From Malacoraja senta (Eukaryota), in the NCBI GenBank assembly GCA_038087875.1, contig CM075987.1:19594001-19658000 (forward strand): DNA of 64,000 nucleotides. The letters are read 5' to 3'. A program made the position numbers and the translations under genes. Below the pieces are notes generated by a model, which was not told where the DNA came from, searched no databases, and saw only the letters and a program-made list of their open reading frames with translations. Within the stretch, counting starts at the first letter, position 1. Each line of letters opens with the position of its first letter. Positions 34,801-44,201 of the stretch are shown here, one piece after another.

Positions 34801-36456
34801 GTGGTGTGTGGAGAGAGAAGGGCACAGCCTCTGGCTTTAATTTAATTGAGTATGGCCTCAGAACAAGACCCAAGCCGCTACACAGCTTCGGATATTGTTG
34901 TTTCATTGATTCCATGGTGATGCTGTCAACCCTGCACACAAGCTGAAGCTGTTCTATGGCAGGCCTTCCCAACAGTGCAGTGTGCAGGTCTTTTACTACA
35001 TAAATGTTCTCTATGGCTGTCTTTTTGCCTCTGCGCAGTGTTTCTCTGGCTACACCTAGGACAGAGAGTGCATTGCCCCCTGGCCCAAACAACGGGCGTG
35101 TCGGCACTGCCAGGCGCTTCACATCATGCCCCCCTGTAATGTCATGGTACACCTCGGCTGGCATGGCGGTGACATCAGCACCAGTGTCTATTTTAAAGCA
35201 CACTTTTTTTTGTCTCACTTGTAGCTGCACCGTCCACGGGTCTTTTCCAGCATCCACGGCTCCCAGGAAAAAGCTCTCTTCTTCCTCTGTAGTGACAGCA
35301 TTCAGAGATTTTGCACTGTTTCTGCACACTTTGCCATAATGTCCCTTTTTGCCACAGTTGTGACACACAGCATCTTTAGCAGGGCATTCCCATTTTCCAT
35401 GCGAGGGCATTTTTCCACATCTATAACAGGCCTTTGAACCTGGCTGTGGCCGTATATTAAGTTTATTTTTGCCTGGTGTTTGTGCTTGTGGCTGAGGCTT
35501 TGAGGGAAATTTGGGTTTTCTGTAGCTTTTAGCATGCACAGCATCAACATTAGAGCACTTGCTAGCACCGCCATTTTCTCCTCTTAAGTCAGACCGCTGT
35601 CGTCTAACTTCTTCAGACTGCCTTGTCTTTGTTATCGCAGTTCCAAGGGTTAGGTCTCTGTCTAGCTGTAGCTTTTCTGACAATGAGACGTTTCTCAGCC
35701 CGACCACTAACCTGTCGCGGATCAGCTCGTTCTGTAACTGTCCATAGTTGCAGTGTTCAGCTAATCCGTATAGAGCAGTGATGAAGGAATCCACCGTTTC
35801 TTCTGGCAGTTGCACACGCTGATTGAACTTGGCTCTTTCGTAGATTACATTCTTTTTAGGCACAAAAAATGCATCAAAGCCAGCCTTAACATCCGTGTAC
35901 ACCTTCCTCTCATCTGCAGTTAGCGTTAGCCCCTTTAGCACATCTTCGGCTTCATCACCCATGCAGTACACTAACGTGTTCACCTGGTTTTCTTCCGACG
36001 TTGCGTTTAAGTTGCTTGCAAGCCGAAAGCGGTCGAATCTCCTGATCCAACGCTCCCATTCTTGAGGCTTGGTAAAATCGAATGGCTCTGGAGGTTGTAT
36101 TGTGAACGTAGCAGTTGGTGTAGGTTGCGCCATATCTGCCAGCTCATCTCACCTTTCTCCGCCAAAACGATACACTTTCCTCTTCTTCTTTTTTTTTTTT
36201 CGCTTACAAGTATCCCGTTTCTGACACCATATCGAATTATTCTTATAATGAGGCTCGTACAACGACGTAATCGGAGTCTGTCTTTATTTAGCAACTCACT
36301 ACAGCAGCTGCCTCGTGCTGCATCCCCGGACCCTGCTGCTAGGCCTCTCTCCGGTTACGCCCACAGCCCCACCTTCAGGCCGGATGCCGTCACTGCAGCC
36401 TGACCACTGGCAGCAGAATAAAGGCATTCCTTACTCTATTATTCCATAATACCACA
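31860..36456 (-). mobile_element. Intact Mag-like Ty3/Gypsy LTR retrotransposon
   Basis: 227-bp LTRs (31860-32086, 36230-36456) differing at one base; TSD CTGAC (31855-31859, 36457-36461); tRNA-Leu-like PBS TGGTGTCAGAAACGGGAT (36212-36229); PPT CAAAGAAAGGGAGA. Confidence 0.97.
32198..36133 (-). CDS. Gypsy Gag-Pol polyprotein (1311 aa), intact
   Basis: Two CCHC-type knuckles, DTG protease, RT (LDANMGFWQ, HMDD), RNase H (DAS, TDHKPL), integrase (HHCC, SDNGPQF, SNGEAER). Confidence 0.95.
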   Translation of the reverse strand: MAQPTPTATFTIQPPEPFDFTKPQEWERWIRRFDRFRLASNLNATSEENQVNTLVYCMGDEAEDVLKGLTLTADERKVYTDVKAGFDAFFVPKKNVIYERAKFNQRVQLPEETVDSFITALYGLAEHCNYGQLQNELIRDRLVVGLRNVSLSEKLQLDRDLTLGTAITKTRQSEEVRRQRSDLRGENGGASKCSNVDAVHAKSYRKPKFPSKPQPQAQTPGKNKLNIRPQPGSKACYRCGKMPSHGKWECPAKDAVCHNCGKKGHYGKVCRNSAKSLNAVTTEEEESFFLGAVDAGKDPWTVQLQVRQKKVCFKIDTGADVTAMPAEVYHDITGGHDVKRLAVPTRPLFGPGGNALSVLGVARETLRRGKKTAIENIYVVKDLHTALLGRPAIEQLQLVCRVDSITMESMKQQYPKLCSGLGLVLRPYSIKLKPEAVPFSLHTPRRVPLPLMGKVKEEIDRMEKMGVITKIEEPTDWCAGMVVVPKKAGDVRICVDFTMMNESVCREKFILPSVEHTLGMLAGATVFSKLDANMGFWQVPLTKESAKYTTFITPYGRYYFNRLPFGIASAPEHFQRMMVTEVTGGLEGVLCHMDDILVWGQTQEEHDVRLHAVLKKAQKAGITLNMDKCELTRHTVRFLGHVISADGVKPDPEKTRAVQEMDAPKNVSELRSFLGMVNQLGRFLPNLAEKDKVLRDLLSKKNHWYWGTEQQAAFDQLKTELSSTPVLTLYNPNSALKISADASSFGLGAVLLQKSDAMWSPVAYASRSMTPTEQRYAQVEKEALAATWACERFSCFILGRPFELETDHKPLVSLLGRKALDDVPPRIQRFRMRLMRYNYTVNHVPGKSLWTADTLSRAPLRAARAHTDISLLEDTNIYVDSVISNIPVSGDYLSSLREHLKADSTCSALMEYCTDGWPDKSQLQGVLRHYWADRAVLTVHDGLLLRGTRLVIPTALQGDVLQRLHEGHLGVTKCRGRAKQTVWWPGLSSQLNDMVLKCRTCIQERRNVKEPLMPTEMPDRPWQTLGADLFTLKNKTYLLVVDYFSRYVEVALLTHTRSTDVVVHLKSMFCRHGIGEFLKSDNGPQFSGSHFKAFAAEYGFVHITSSPKFPQSNGEAERAVQTVKNLLTKASDPYLALLAYRATPLQNGYSPAELLMGRRLRTTVPALPTLLNPVLPDYNALGAKEREKRRNDARSFDKRHGARNLEPLVPGEDVWITDARVQGTVLSTHNTPRSYIVQVPQGTLRRNRHHLVPLQTNSGVVDADEPPVGEDSPTPEPAPPVTTSPSREGPTTEPVRTRCGREVRKPQRLDW

Positions 36457-36656
36457 CTGACAACAGTCAACTGGTCCCTCGCACTCACTCTCTGTCTCGT
36501 TTTCTGGAGAGTTGGAACTATTCAGCAAGTCCAGCAGCATTTGTGACGAGAGAGAAAAAAAACGAATAAGTCTTGGAACGAATAAAATTAAGATTATAGA
36601 ACCCCATCTAATCCAATCAACATATTGTTCTACTCACCTATAGGGGTCACCGGGTC

Positions 36657-37528
36657 ATAGGGCTTAACGCACGGAGCCGCTCAATCCATCTGGAGGACAT
36701 GCGTAACTTCCGGTACATGTTATTAATGCTAGAAACGCGTACATTCCTACCTGTTAAAAACCGCCAAAATGTTGAATTTTTTCGCTGTAAAAAATTGTGG
36801 AAGTCGTGTAAGTGTGCGAGACATGTACCCAACTTCAGAATTCCAAAAGTGAAGCGAAATGAAGGTAAAGATAAGTGACAGCTGAAGGGACAACAACAGC
36901 TAAAGTGCTTGGCGAACATTGGCCGTGCAGATATCGGAATTGAAAATATTGGGATTTATCGCGTTTGCTCACTGCATTTCATCAAAAGTAAGGCATTATT
37001 TGGTTTTTTTCTTGATTCCTTTGGTATCTAAAAAGTCTCAGAAGTGATAAATCTGGTTGTAAATTTTGCTTCAGAGGCGTTTTGTTTTTGTATGTAAAAA
37101 CCCACTTGAGAACCATGGGCGATTTTAAAATTTTACAGCCAGATTTATCCCTTCTGAAACTTTTTAGATGCCAAAGGAATCAAGAAAAAACACAAATAAT
37201 GCCTTAGTTGATGAAATGCAGTGAGCAAACGGCCAATGTTCGCCAAGCACCTTGGCCGTTGTTGTCCCTTCAGCTCTCGCTTCTATCTACCGTCATTTCT
37301 CCTCACTTTTGGAATTCTGAAGTAGGCTATATGTCTCTCACGCTTATCCCGATTTCCATAATTATTTACAGCGCAAAATTTGACAATTTCGGCGGGTTTT
37401 AACGGGCCCGCTACGCTGGAAACAATGGTAAGTGCCTATCTGCAGTTCATCGCGTGTAATCCATTTTGCGTAGCGTAGCAACAGTACGGGTCATGGGTCG
37501 TGACCCGACTGCCGTGAAACCTCCCTAT
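36657..37528. repeat. Unclassified non-coding element with long internal inverted repeat (probable non-autonomous DNA transposon)
   Basis: Arms ~36752-37067 and ~37127-37403 are diverged reverse complements; imperfect termini ATAGGG...CACGG / CCGTG...CCCTAT. Confidence 0.55.
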
Positions 37529-39256
37529 TTATAGCAATGTTACAACATTTTGAGATTTAAGAAATCAAGTCTGCAGTTTATCTCATCAGATAAAGCATAA
37601 AAAGAAGTTTAATTTGACACTTAATTCACTTTCATATCTTCAGTATTAAAAAAGTTATGGCCATTTTCATACTCGGAAATTAGCATCTTGTTCACTATTG
37701 CTTTTCCATTGACTGAACATAAAAGCTGTGATCTAGGACAGTCAAAAGCCCATAACTTTCTTAAAAATTAAGAGAACTGAAATAAAATGTCAGTTATTAT
37801 AGATTGAAGCATTCTGAAACAAATATGAAACAATCTTACTTGGATGACCTGAAATGAAAGCATATAATTAGTTAGTTACCTAATTGTAGCTAATTACACA
37901 ATTCAATTACTAGATCTAAACATCTATCCATTTCTTAAGAAAATATTAGTATTTTTAAATAGCCTAAGTGTCCAAATAACATTCACACAGGAATTCACAA
38001 TATAACATGATTTTTAAATGTCATTGTCATGAATTTATAGGCCAAATGGAAGGAATTTCGTGTTTAATTCCCGTAAATTAATGGCCATTTTAATCATCTT
38101 GCGAGTGGGATTTTGTGGAACGCGATCGATTGGAACGTTGCATTTGCGGTGAATTTAAACCCCATATCGGCAGGAAAAATACTGCCGGTTCGTATGGGGC
38201 CCAAGTCACCTTTTCGCAACGTAAAATTTGGATTAAAGGCATCCTAAGAAGCACGTTTATATGTAAAATAAACGGCTTTCTTTTACCTGTCCCGTATGTG
38301 AAATCCGTTCCCGTTGTCGGCATTCACGGCATTAGAAGCTGATTTTCATTTTACTCCAGCGTTGAAATTGTCCCGCGGTTTAAAAAAAAAATTCACAGAC
38401 CGGCAGTCGGAACAATTCTTCAGCAAAAGCTGGAGTCCGAGAAAAGAAAACTCCGGCAGGCTGGAGAAAACCGCAATTTAACCCCGCCCCCCCCTCAAAG
38501 GCGCCAAAGTCGCGCACACGGCCAGTGACAGAACTGCAGCGCCGCTGAAGGTAAGTTTTGTAACATATCTACTATTTATTTTCGTTTCATTTTACGTGAA
38601 TCTACTAATAATATGACAATTTTCTGGATGTGTTAACTGTTATCTTCGATCTGTTCCCCATAGTTTTAGACACATCCATATTTGTCCCCCTTGCAGAATT
38701 TATTTCTGGGGGGAGTCTCCAAATATACAAGGGAGGAAGATTCTTCCCAGTTTTGATTTGTGCTCAGAACCGTAATGCCTTGACTGAGCTTCATGATTCA
38801 GGCACACGTCAAACACAGGACAATTTTTTTGGACTTGAAATAAGATCTCCGAGGAAAAAAACCCAGAGGATGCACAAAGTCCTCAAAAGCATTTCAATAC
38901 TCATGTTTTTGGCAAAATCTGGAAATAGAAATAGAAAACCTGTTATATGTTATAAAACACTGGGCAGCAGGTTCAATGGTTTTCAAAAGTGAATTGATTA
39001 AGTACTTCATACAAAAGATTACATAGGTCTGGGAAGGAAAAGTGGGTGGAAGAAGCTGAAAAGAGAGATATTACAAGAGACATCATGAACACGATGGAAT
39101 AAAAATAAGGCGCAAGTCGGGAGCATGATGGAATACTCCCTACTTGCCTTAAATCAATGCAGCTCTTAATTCCATCCATTACTAAATATTAATTTCCTCA
39201 CTACCTGTATATCTATACAATGCACAGCACTTGGTTTGGCTGCTCCACTAACATTT

Positions 39257-42200
39257 TGGTGCAGAAGGGTAAGGAAAAGAAGAGGAGGGCAATATTAATA
39301 GGGGACTCTATAGTTAGGGGGTCAGACAGGCGATTCTGTGGACGCAGTCGGGAGACCCGGATGGTAGTTTGCCTCCCTGGTGCCAGGGTCTGTGATGTGT
39401 CTCAACGTGTCCAAGACATCCTGAAAGGGCAGGGAGAGGAGCCCGAGGTCGTGATACATATAGGTACCAATGACATAGGTAAAAAAAAGAGAAGAGGTCC
39501 TGAAAGGAGAATTTAGGGAGTTGGGAGGGGAGTTAAAGAGAAGGACAGCAAAGGTAACAATCTCGGGATTACTGCCAGTGCCACGCGACAGTGAGAGTAG
39601 GAATGGAGCGAGGTGGAGGATAAATGCATGGCTGAAGGACTGGTGCAGAAGGCAGGGATTCAAATTTCTGGATCATTGGCACCTCTTTTGTGGAAGGTTC
39701 GACCTGTACAAAAAGGATGGGTTGCACTTGAACCTGAGGGGGACCGATATCCTGGCGGGGAGATCTGCAAAGGCTACTGGGGAGACTTTAAACTAGAATG
39801 GTTGGGGGGAGGGACTCAAATAGAGAATGCTATTAGACAGTGTGTGAGGCAGGAGGCAGAGAAGGAAAGCACTCAGACCCAACATGTAGGGGGGGAAGAA
39901 GAAAACAATAATAAACAGAGAATAAGTGGTGGTGGGGTTCTTAAATGGGTGAGCAGAGAAACAGAGGGGTGTAAAATACGGGCGGAAGCAATAGGTAGCA
40001 AGGTGAAAAGTAAAAGTGGCAGGCAGACAAATCTAGGGCAAAAATCAAAAAGAGCCACTTTTCAACATAATTGTATAAGGGGTAAGAGCGTTGTAAAAAC
40101 AAGCCTGAAGGCTTTGTGTCTCAATGCAAGGAGCATTCGTAATAAGGTGGATGAGTTGAACGTGCAGATAGCAATTAATGATTATGATATAGTTGGGATC
40201 ACGGAGACATGGCTCCAGGGTGACCAAGGCTGGGAGCTGAACGTCCAGGGATATTCAATATTCAGGAGGGATAGAGAGAAAGGAAAAGGAGGTGGGGTAG
40301 CGTTGCTGGTTAGAGAGGAGATTAACGCAGTGGAAAGGAAGGACATTAGCTTGGAGGATGTGGAATCGGTATGGGTAGAGCTGCGAAACACTAAGGGGCA
40401 GAAAACGCTGGTGGGTGTTGTGTACAGGCCACCTAGCAGTAGTAGTGAAGTTGGGAATGGCATCAAACAGGAAATTAGAAATGCGTGCAACAAAGGCAAA
40501 ACAGTTATAATGGGTGACTTCAATCTACTATTCTAGACTGGGTATTGAGTAATGCGGAAGGGTTAGTTAGCAGACTTGTTGTGCGAGCCCCCTTGGGCAA
40601 GAGTGACCATAATATGGTTGAGTTCTTCATTAGGATGGAGAGTGACATTGTTAATTCAGAAACAACGGTTCTGAACTTAAAGAAAGGTAACTTTGAGGGT
40701 ATGAGACGTGAATTGGCCAAGATTGACTGGCAATTAGTTCTAAAAGGGTTGACGGTGGATATGCAATGGAAGGCATTTAAAGACTGCATGGATGAACTAC
40801 AAAAATTGTTCATCCCAGTTTGGCAAAAGAATAAATCAGGGAAGGTAGTGCATCCGTGGATAACAAGGGAAATCAGGGATAGTATCAAAGCAAAAGATGA
40901 TGCGTACAAATTAGCCAGAAAAAGCAGCATACCAGAGGACTGGGAGAAATTCAGAGACCAGCAGAGGAGGACAAAGGGCTTAATTAGGAAAGGGAAAATA
41001 GATTATGAAAGGAAACTGGCAGGGAACATAAAAACTGACTGCAAAAGTTTTTATAGATATGTGAAGAGTAAGAGATTAGTTAAAACAAATGTAGGTCCCT
41101 TGCAGTCAGAAACAGGTGAATTGATCATGGGGAACAAGGATATGACGGACCAATTGAATAACTACTTTGGTTCCGTCTTCACTAAGGAAGACATAAATAA
41201 TCTGCCGGAAATAGCAGGGGGCCGCGGGTCAAAGGAGATGGAGGAACTGAGTGAAATCCAGGTTAGTCGGGAAGTGGTGTTGGGTAAATTGAATGGATTA
41301 AAGGCCGATAAATCACCAGGGCCAGATAGGCTGCATCCCAGAGTACTTAAGGAAGTAGCTCCAGAAATAGTGGATGCATTAGTGATAATTTTTCAAAACT
41401 CTTTAGATTCTGGAGTAGTTCCTGAGGATTGGAGGGTAGCAAACGTAACCCCACTTTTTAAGAAGGGAGGGAGAGAGAAAACGGGGAATTACAGACCAGT
41501 TAGTCTAACATCGGTAGTGGGGAAACTGCTAGAGTCAGTTATTAAAGATGGGATAGCAGCACATTTGGAAAGTGGTGAAATCATTGGACAAAGTCAGCAT
41601 GGATTTACGAAAGGTAAATCGTGTCTGACGAATCTTATAGAATTTTTCGAGGATGTAACTAGTAGAGTGGATAGGGGAGAACCAGTGGATGTGTTGTATC
41701 TGGACTTTCAGAAGGCTTTCGACAAGGTACCACATAAGAGATTAGGATACAAACTTAAATCACACGGTATTGGGGGTTCAGTATTGATGTGGATAGAGAA
41801 CTGGCTGGCAAACAGGAAGCAAAGAGTAGGAGTAAACGGGTCCTTTTCACAATGGCAGGCAGTGACTAGTGGGGTACCGCAAGGCTCAGTGCTGGGACCC
41901 CAGCTATTTACAATTTATATTAATGATCTGGACGAGGGAATTGAAAGCAACATCTCCAAGTTTGCGGATGACACTAAGCTGGGGGGCAGTGTTAGCTGTG
42001 AGGAGGATGCTAGGAGACTGCAAGGTGACTTGGATAGGCTGGGTGAGTGGGCAAATGTTTGGCAGATGCAGTATAATGTGGATAAATGTGAGGTTATCCA
42101 CTTTGGTGGCAAAAACGGGAAGGCAGACTATTATCTAAATGGTGCCCGATTAGGAAATGGGGAGATGCAGCGAGACCTGGGTGTCATGGTACACCAGTCA

Positions 42201-42897
42201 TTGAAAGTAGGCATGCAGGTGCAGCAGGCAGTGAAGAAAGCGAATGGTATGTTGGCCTTCATAGCAAGAGGATTTGAGTATTGGAGCAGGGAGGTTCTAC
42301 TGCAGTTGTACAGGGTCTTGGTGAGACCACACCTGGAGTATTGCGTACAGTTTTGGTCTCCAAATCTGAGGAAGGACATTATAGCCATAGAGGGAGTGCA
42401 GAGAAGGTTCACCAGACTGATTCCTGGGATGTCAGGACTTTCATATGAAGAAAGACTGGATAGACTTGGCTTATACTCGCTAGAATTTAGGAGATTGAGA
42501 GGGGATCTTATAGAAACGTACAAAATTCTTATGGGGTTGGACAGGCTAGATGCAGGAAGATTGTTCCCGATGTTGGGGAAGTCCAGGACAAGGGGTCACA
42601 GCTTAAGGATAAGGGGGAAATCCTTTAAGACCGAGATGAGGAAAAACGTTTTCACACAGGGAGTGGTGAATCTCTGGAACTCTCTGCCACAGAGGGTAGT
42701 TGAGGCCAGTTCATTGGCTATATTTAAGAGGGAGTTAGATGTGGCCCTTGTGGCTAAAGGGATCAGGGGGTATGGAGAGAAGGCAGGTACGGGATACTGA
42801 GTTGGATGATCAGCCATGATCATATTGAATGGCGGTGCAGGCTCGAAGGGCCGAATGGCCTACTCCTGCACCTATTTTCTATGTATCTATGTATCTA
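39257..42897 (+). mobile_element. CR1-clade LINE, 5'-truncated within ORF1 (SGNH esterase), ORF2 with a deletion in the endonuclease
   Basis: GDSIVR, CLPGAR, HIGTND and DGLHLN esterase motifs; APE NARS, ETW, GDFN; 3' UTR and (TCTATGTA)-type tail. Confidence 0.92.
40545..42800 (+). CDS. CR1 ORF2 reverse-transcriptase portion (open 751 codons; upstream endonuclease detached by a deletion at ~40527)
   Basis: NYRPVSLTS, QHGF, DFQKAFD, GVPQGSVLGP, FADD. Confidence 0.85.
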   Translation: MSNAEGLVSRLVVRAPLGKSDHNMVEFFIRMESDIVNSETTVLNLKKGNFEGMRRELAKIDWQLVLKGLTVDMQWKAFKDCMDELQKLFIPVWQKNKSGKVVHPWITREIRDSIKAKDDAYKLARKSSIPEDWEKFRDQQRRTKGLIRKGKIDYERKLAGNIKTDCKSFYRYVKSKRLVKTNVGPLQSETGELIMGNKDMTDQLNNYFGSVFTKEDINNLPEIAGGRGSKEMEELSEIQVSREVVLGKLNGLKADKSPGPDRLHPRVLKEVAPEIVDALVIIFQNSLDSGVVPEDWRVANVTPLFKKGGREKTGNYRPVSLTSVVGKLLESVIKDGIAAHLESGEIIGQSQHGFTKGKSCLTNLIEFFEDVTSRVDRGEPVDVLYLDFQKAFDKVPHKRLGYKLKSHGIGGSVLMWIENWLANRKQRVGVNGSFSQWQAVTSGVPQGSVLGPQLFTIYINDLDEGIESNISKFADDTKLGGSVSCEEDARRLQGDLDRLGEWANVWQMQYNVDKCEVIHFGGKNGKADYYLNGARLGNGEMQRDLGVMVHQSLKVGMQVQQAVKKANGMLAFIARGFEYWSREVLLQLYRVLVRPHLEYCVQFWSPNLRKDIIAIEGVQRRFTRLIPGMSGLSYEERLDRLGLYSLEFRRLRGDLIETYKILMGLDRLDAGRLFPMLGKSRTRGHSLRIRGKSFKTEMRKNVFTQGVVNLWNSLPQRVVEASSLAIFKRELDVALVAKGIRGYGEKAGTGY

Positions 42898-43005
42898 GAA
42901 GAGGTATACCACAATTTTGCTTGCATTATAGAGGGTATTAGCTATAAGGTTGGACAAACTTGGATTGTTTTCTCTGGAATTTAAGAGTTTGAAGGGGAAC
43001 CTGAC

Positions 43006-43445
43006 TAGGGTTGCCAACTGTCCCGTATTAGCCGGGACATCCCGTATATTGGGCTAAGTTGGTTTGTCCGCCCTTGTCCCGTATTTGACTGCGACTACTT
43101 GGGTCAAGGGGACTGTTGGGTCGGAGCGACACGACCGGCCCCGCCTCACCCGTCCCGATGCAATGCAGCCCATGGAGTGCAGCAGCAGCGCCTCGCCCGT
43201 GGCCCTGTCGATCAGCAGCCCGGCCAGCTGTCCGACCTTCGGACCTTCGCTCATTCCTTCTCATGGCCGATCATCGGTTCATGAGTTGGATGGGGTGCAC
43301 GATGTCGCGTGTGACGTCGCATGGCCCGGGCCAACTCATCATTTACGCAGCCACGGCCGAGTCGGTCAACGAATTGCCATTGGGAATTTGTCCCTTAGTT
43401 TGACCTTTTGTCCCTTATTGGGGAGTGAGAAAGTTGGCAACCCTA
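43006..43445. mobile_element. Non-autonomous hAT-type MITE (Tip100-like), inserted in an old CR1 fragment
   Basis: TIR TAGGGTTGCCAACT / AGTTGGCAACCCTA; 8-bp TSD AACCTGAC/GACCTGAC (7/8 match). Confidence 0.85.
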
Positions 43446-44201
43446 GACCTGACAGAAGTATATTAAATTATGAGAGGCATAGATAAGGTGGACAGAACCT
43501 TTTTTCTCAAGGTGGAAATGTCAAAGACTAGACGAAAGAGCTTTAAGGTGGGAGGGTGGAAGTTTCCCCTGGCACCTCAAAGACAGGCGGGTAACTGCAG
43601 CATTACTTTCCTAATTTTGTATTCAATTCCCCTTGTGAGAAGGGTCAACATATCTGTCTGTCCAAGTGTGCCGGCTAAAGATGGTCCACAGAGACAGTCT
43701 CATGCCTGCCGCCCATGTTGATGACAAAAGTCGTGGTGCCGTGTTGCAGTACCTGGAAAGGTCCCTCATAAGGCCTTTGCAGTGGTGTATGGTGGGAAAG
43801 TAACACGGTTAATTCAGAGACAGGGTCTTGAACTTAAAGAAAGGAGACTTTGAAGGTATGAAACAGGAATTGGCTAGGATAGACTGGCAAATTATACTTA
43901 TAGATATAAAGACCACATGGATGAACTACAAAAATTGTTCATCCCTGTCTGGTGAAAAAATAAAATGGGGAAGGAGGCTCAAGGATAGTGTTAAATCCAA
44001 GGAAAAGGCATATAAATTAGCCAGAGGAAGCAGCAAACCGGAGGACTGGGAGAAATTTAGAAATCAACAAGGAGGACAAAGGGATTAAGTAAGAGGGAGA
44101 AAAAAGAGCATGAAAGAAAGCTTGCGGGAAATATAAAAACTGAATCTAAAAGCTTCTTTAGATATGTAAAAAGGAAAAGATTAGTGGACAAATGTAGGTT
44201 C

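Noticed and set aside
38630..38992. 120-aa plus-strand ORF with an upstream pyrimidine-AG
   Set aside because: No recognisable family, no ATG start and no linked exons.
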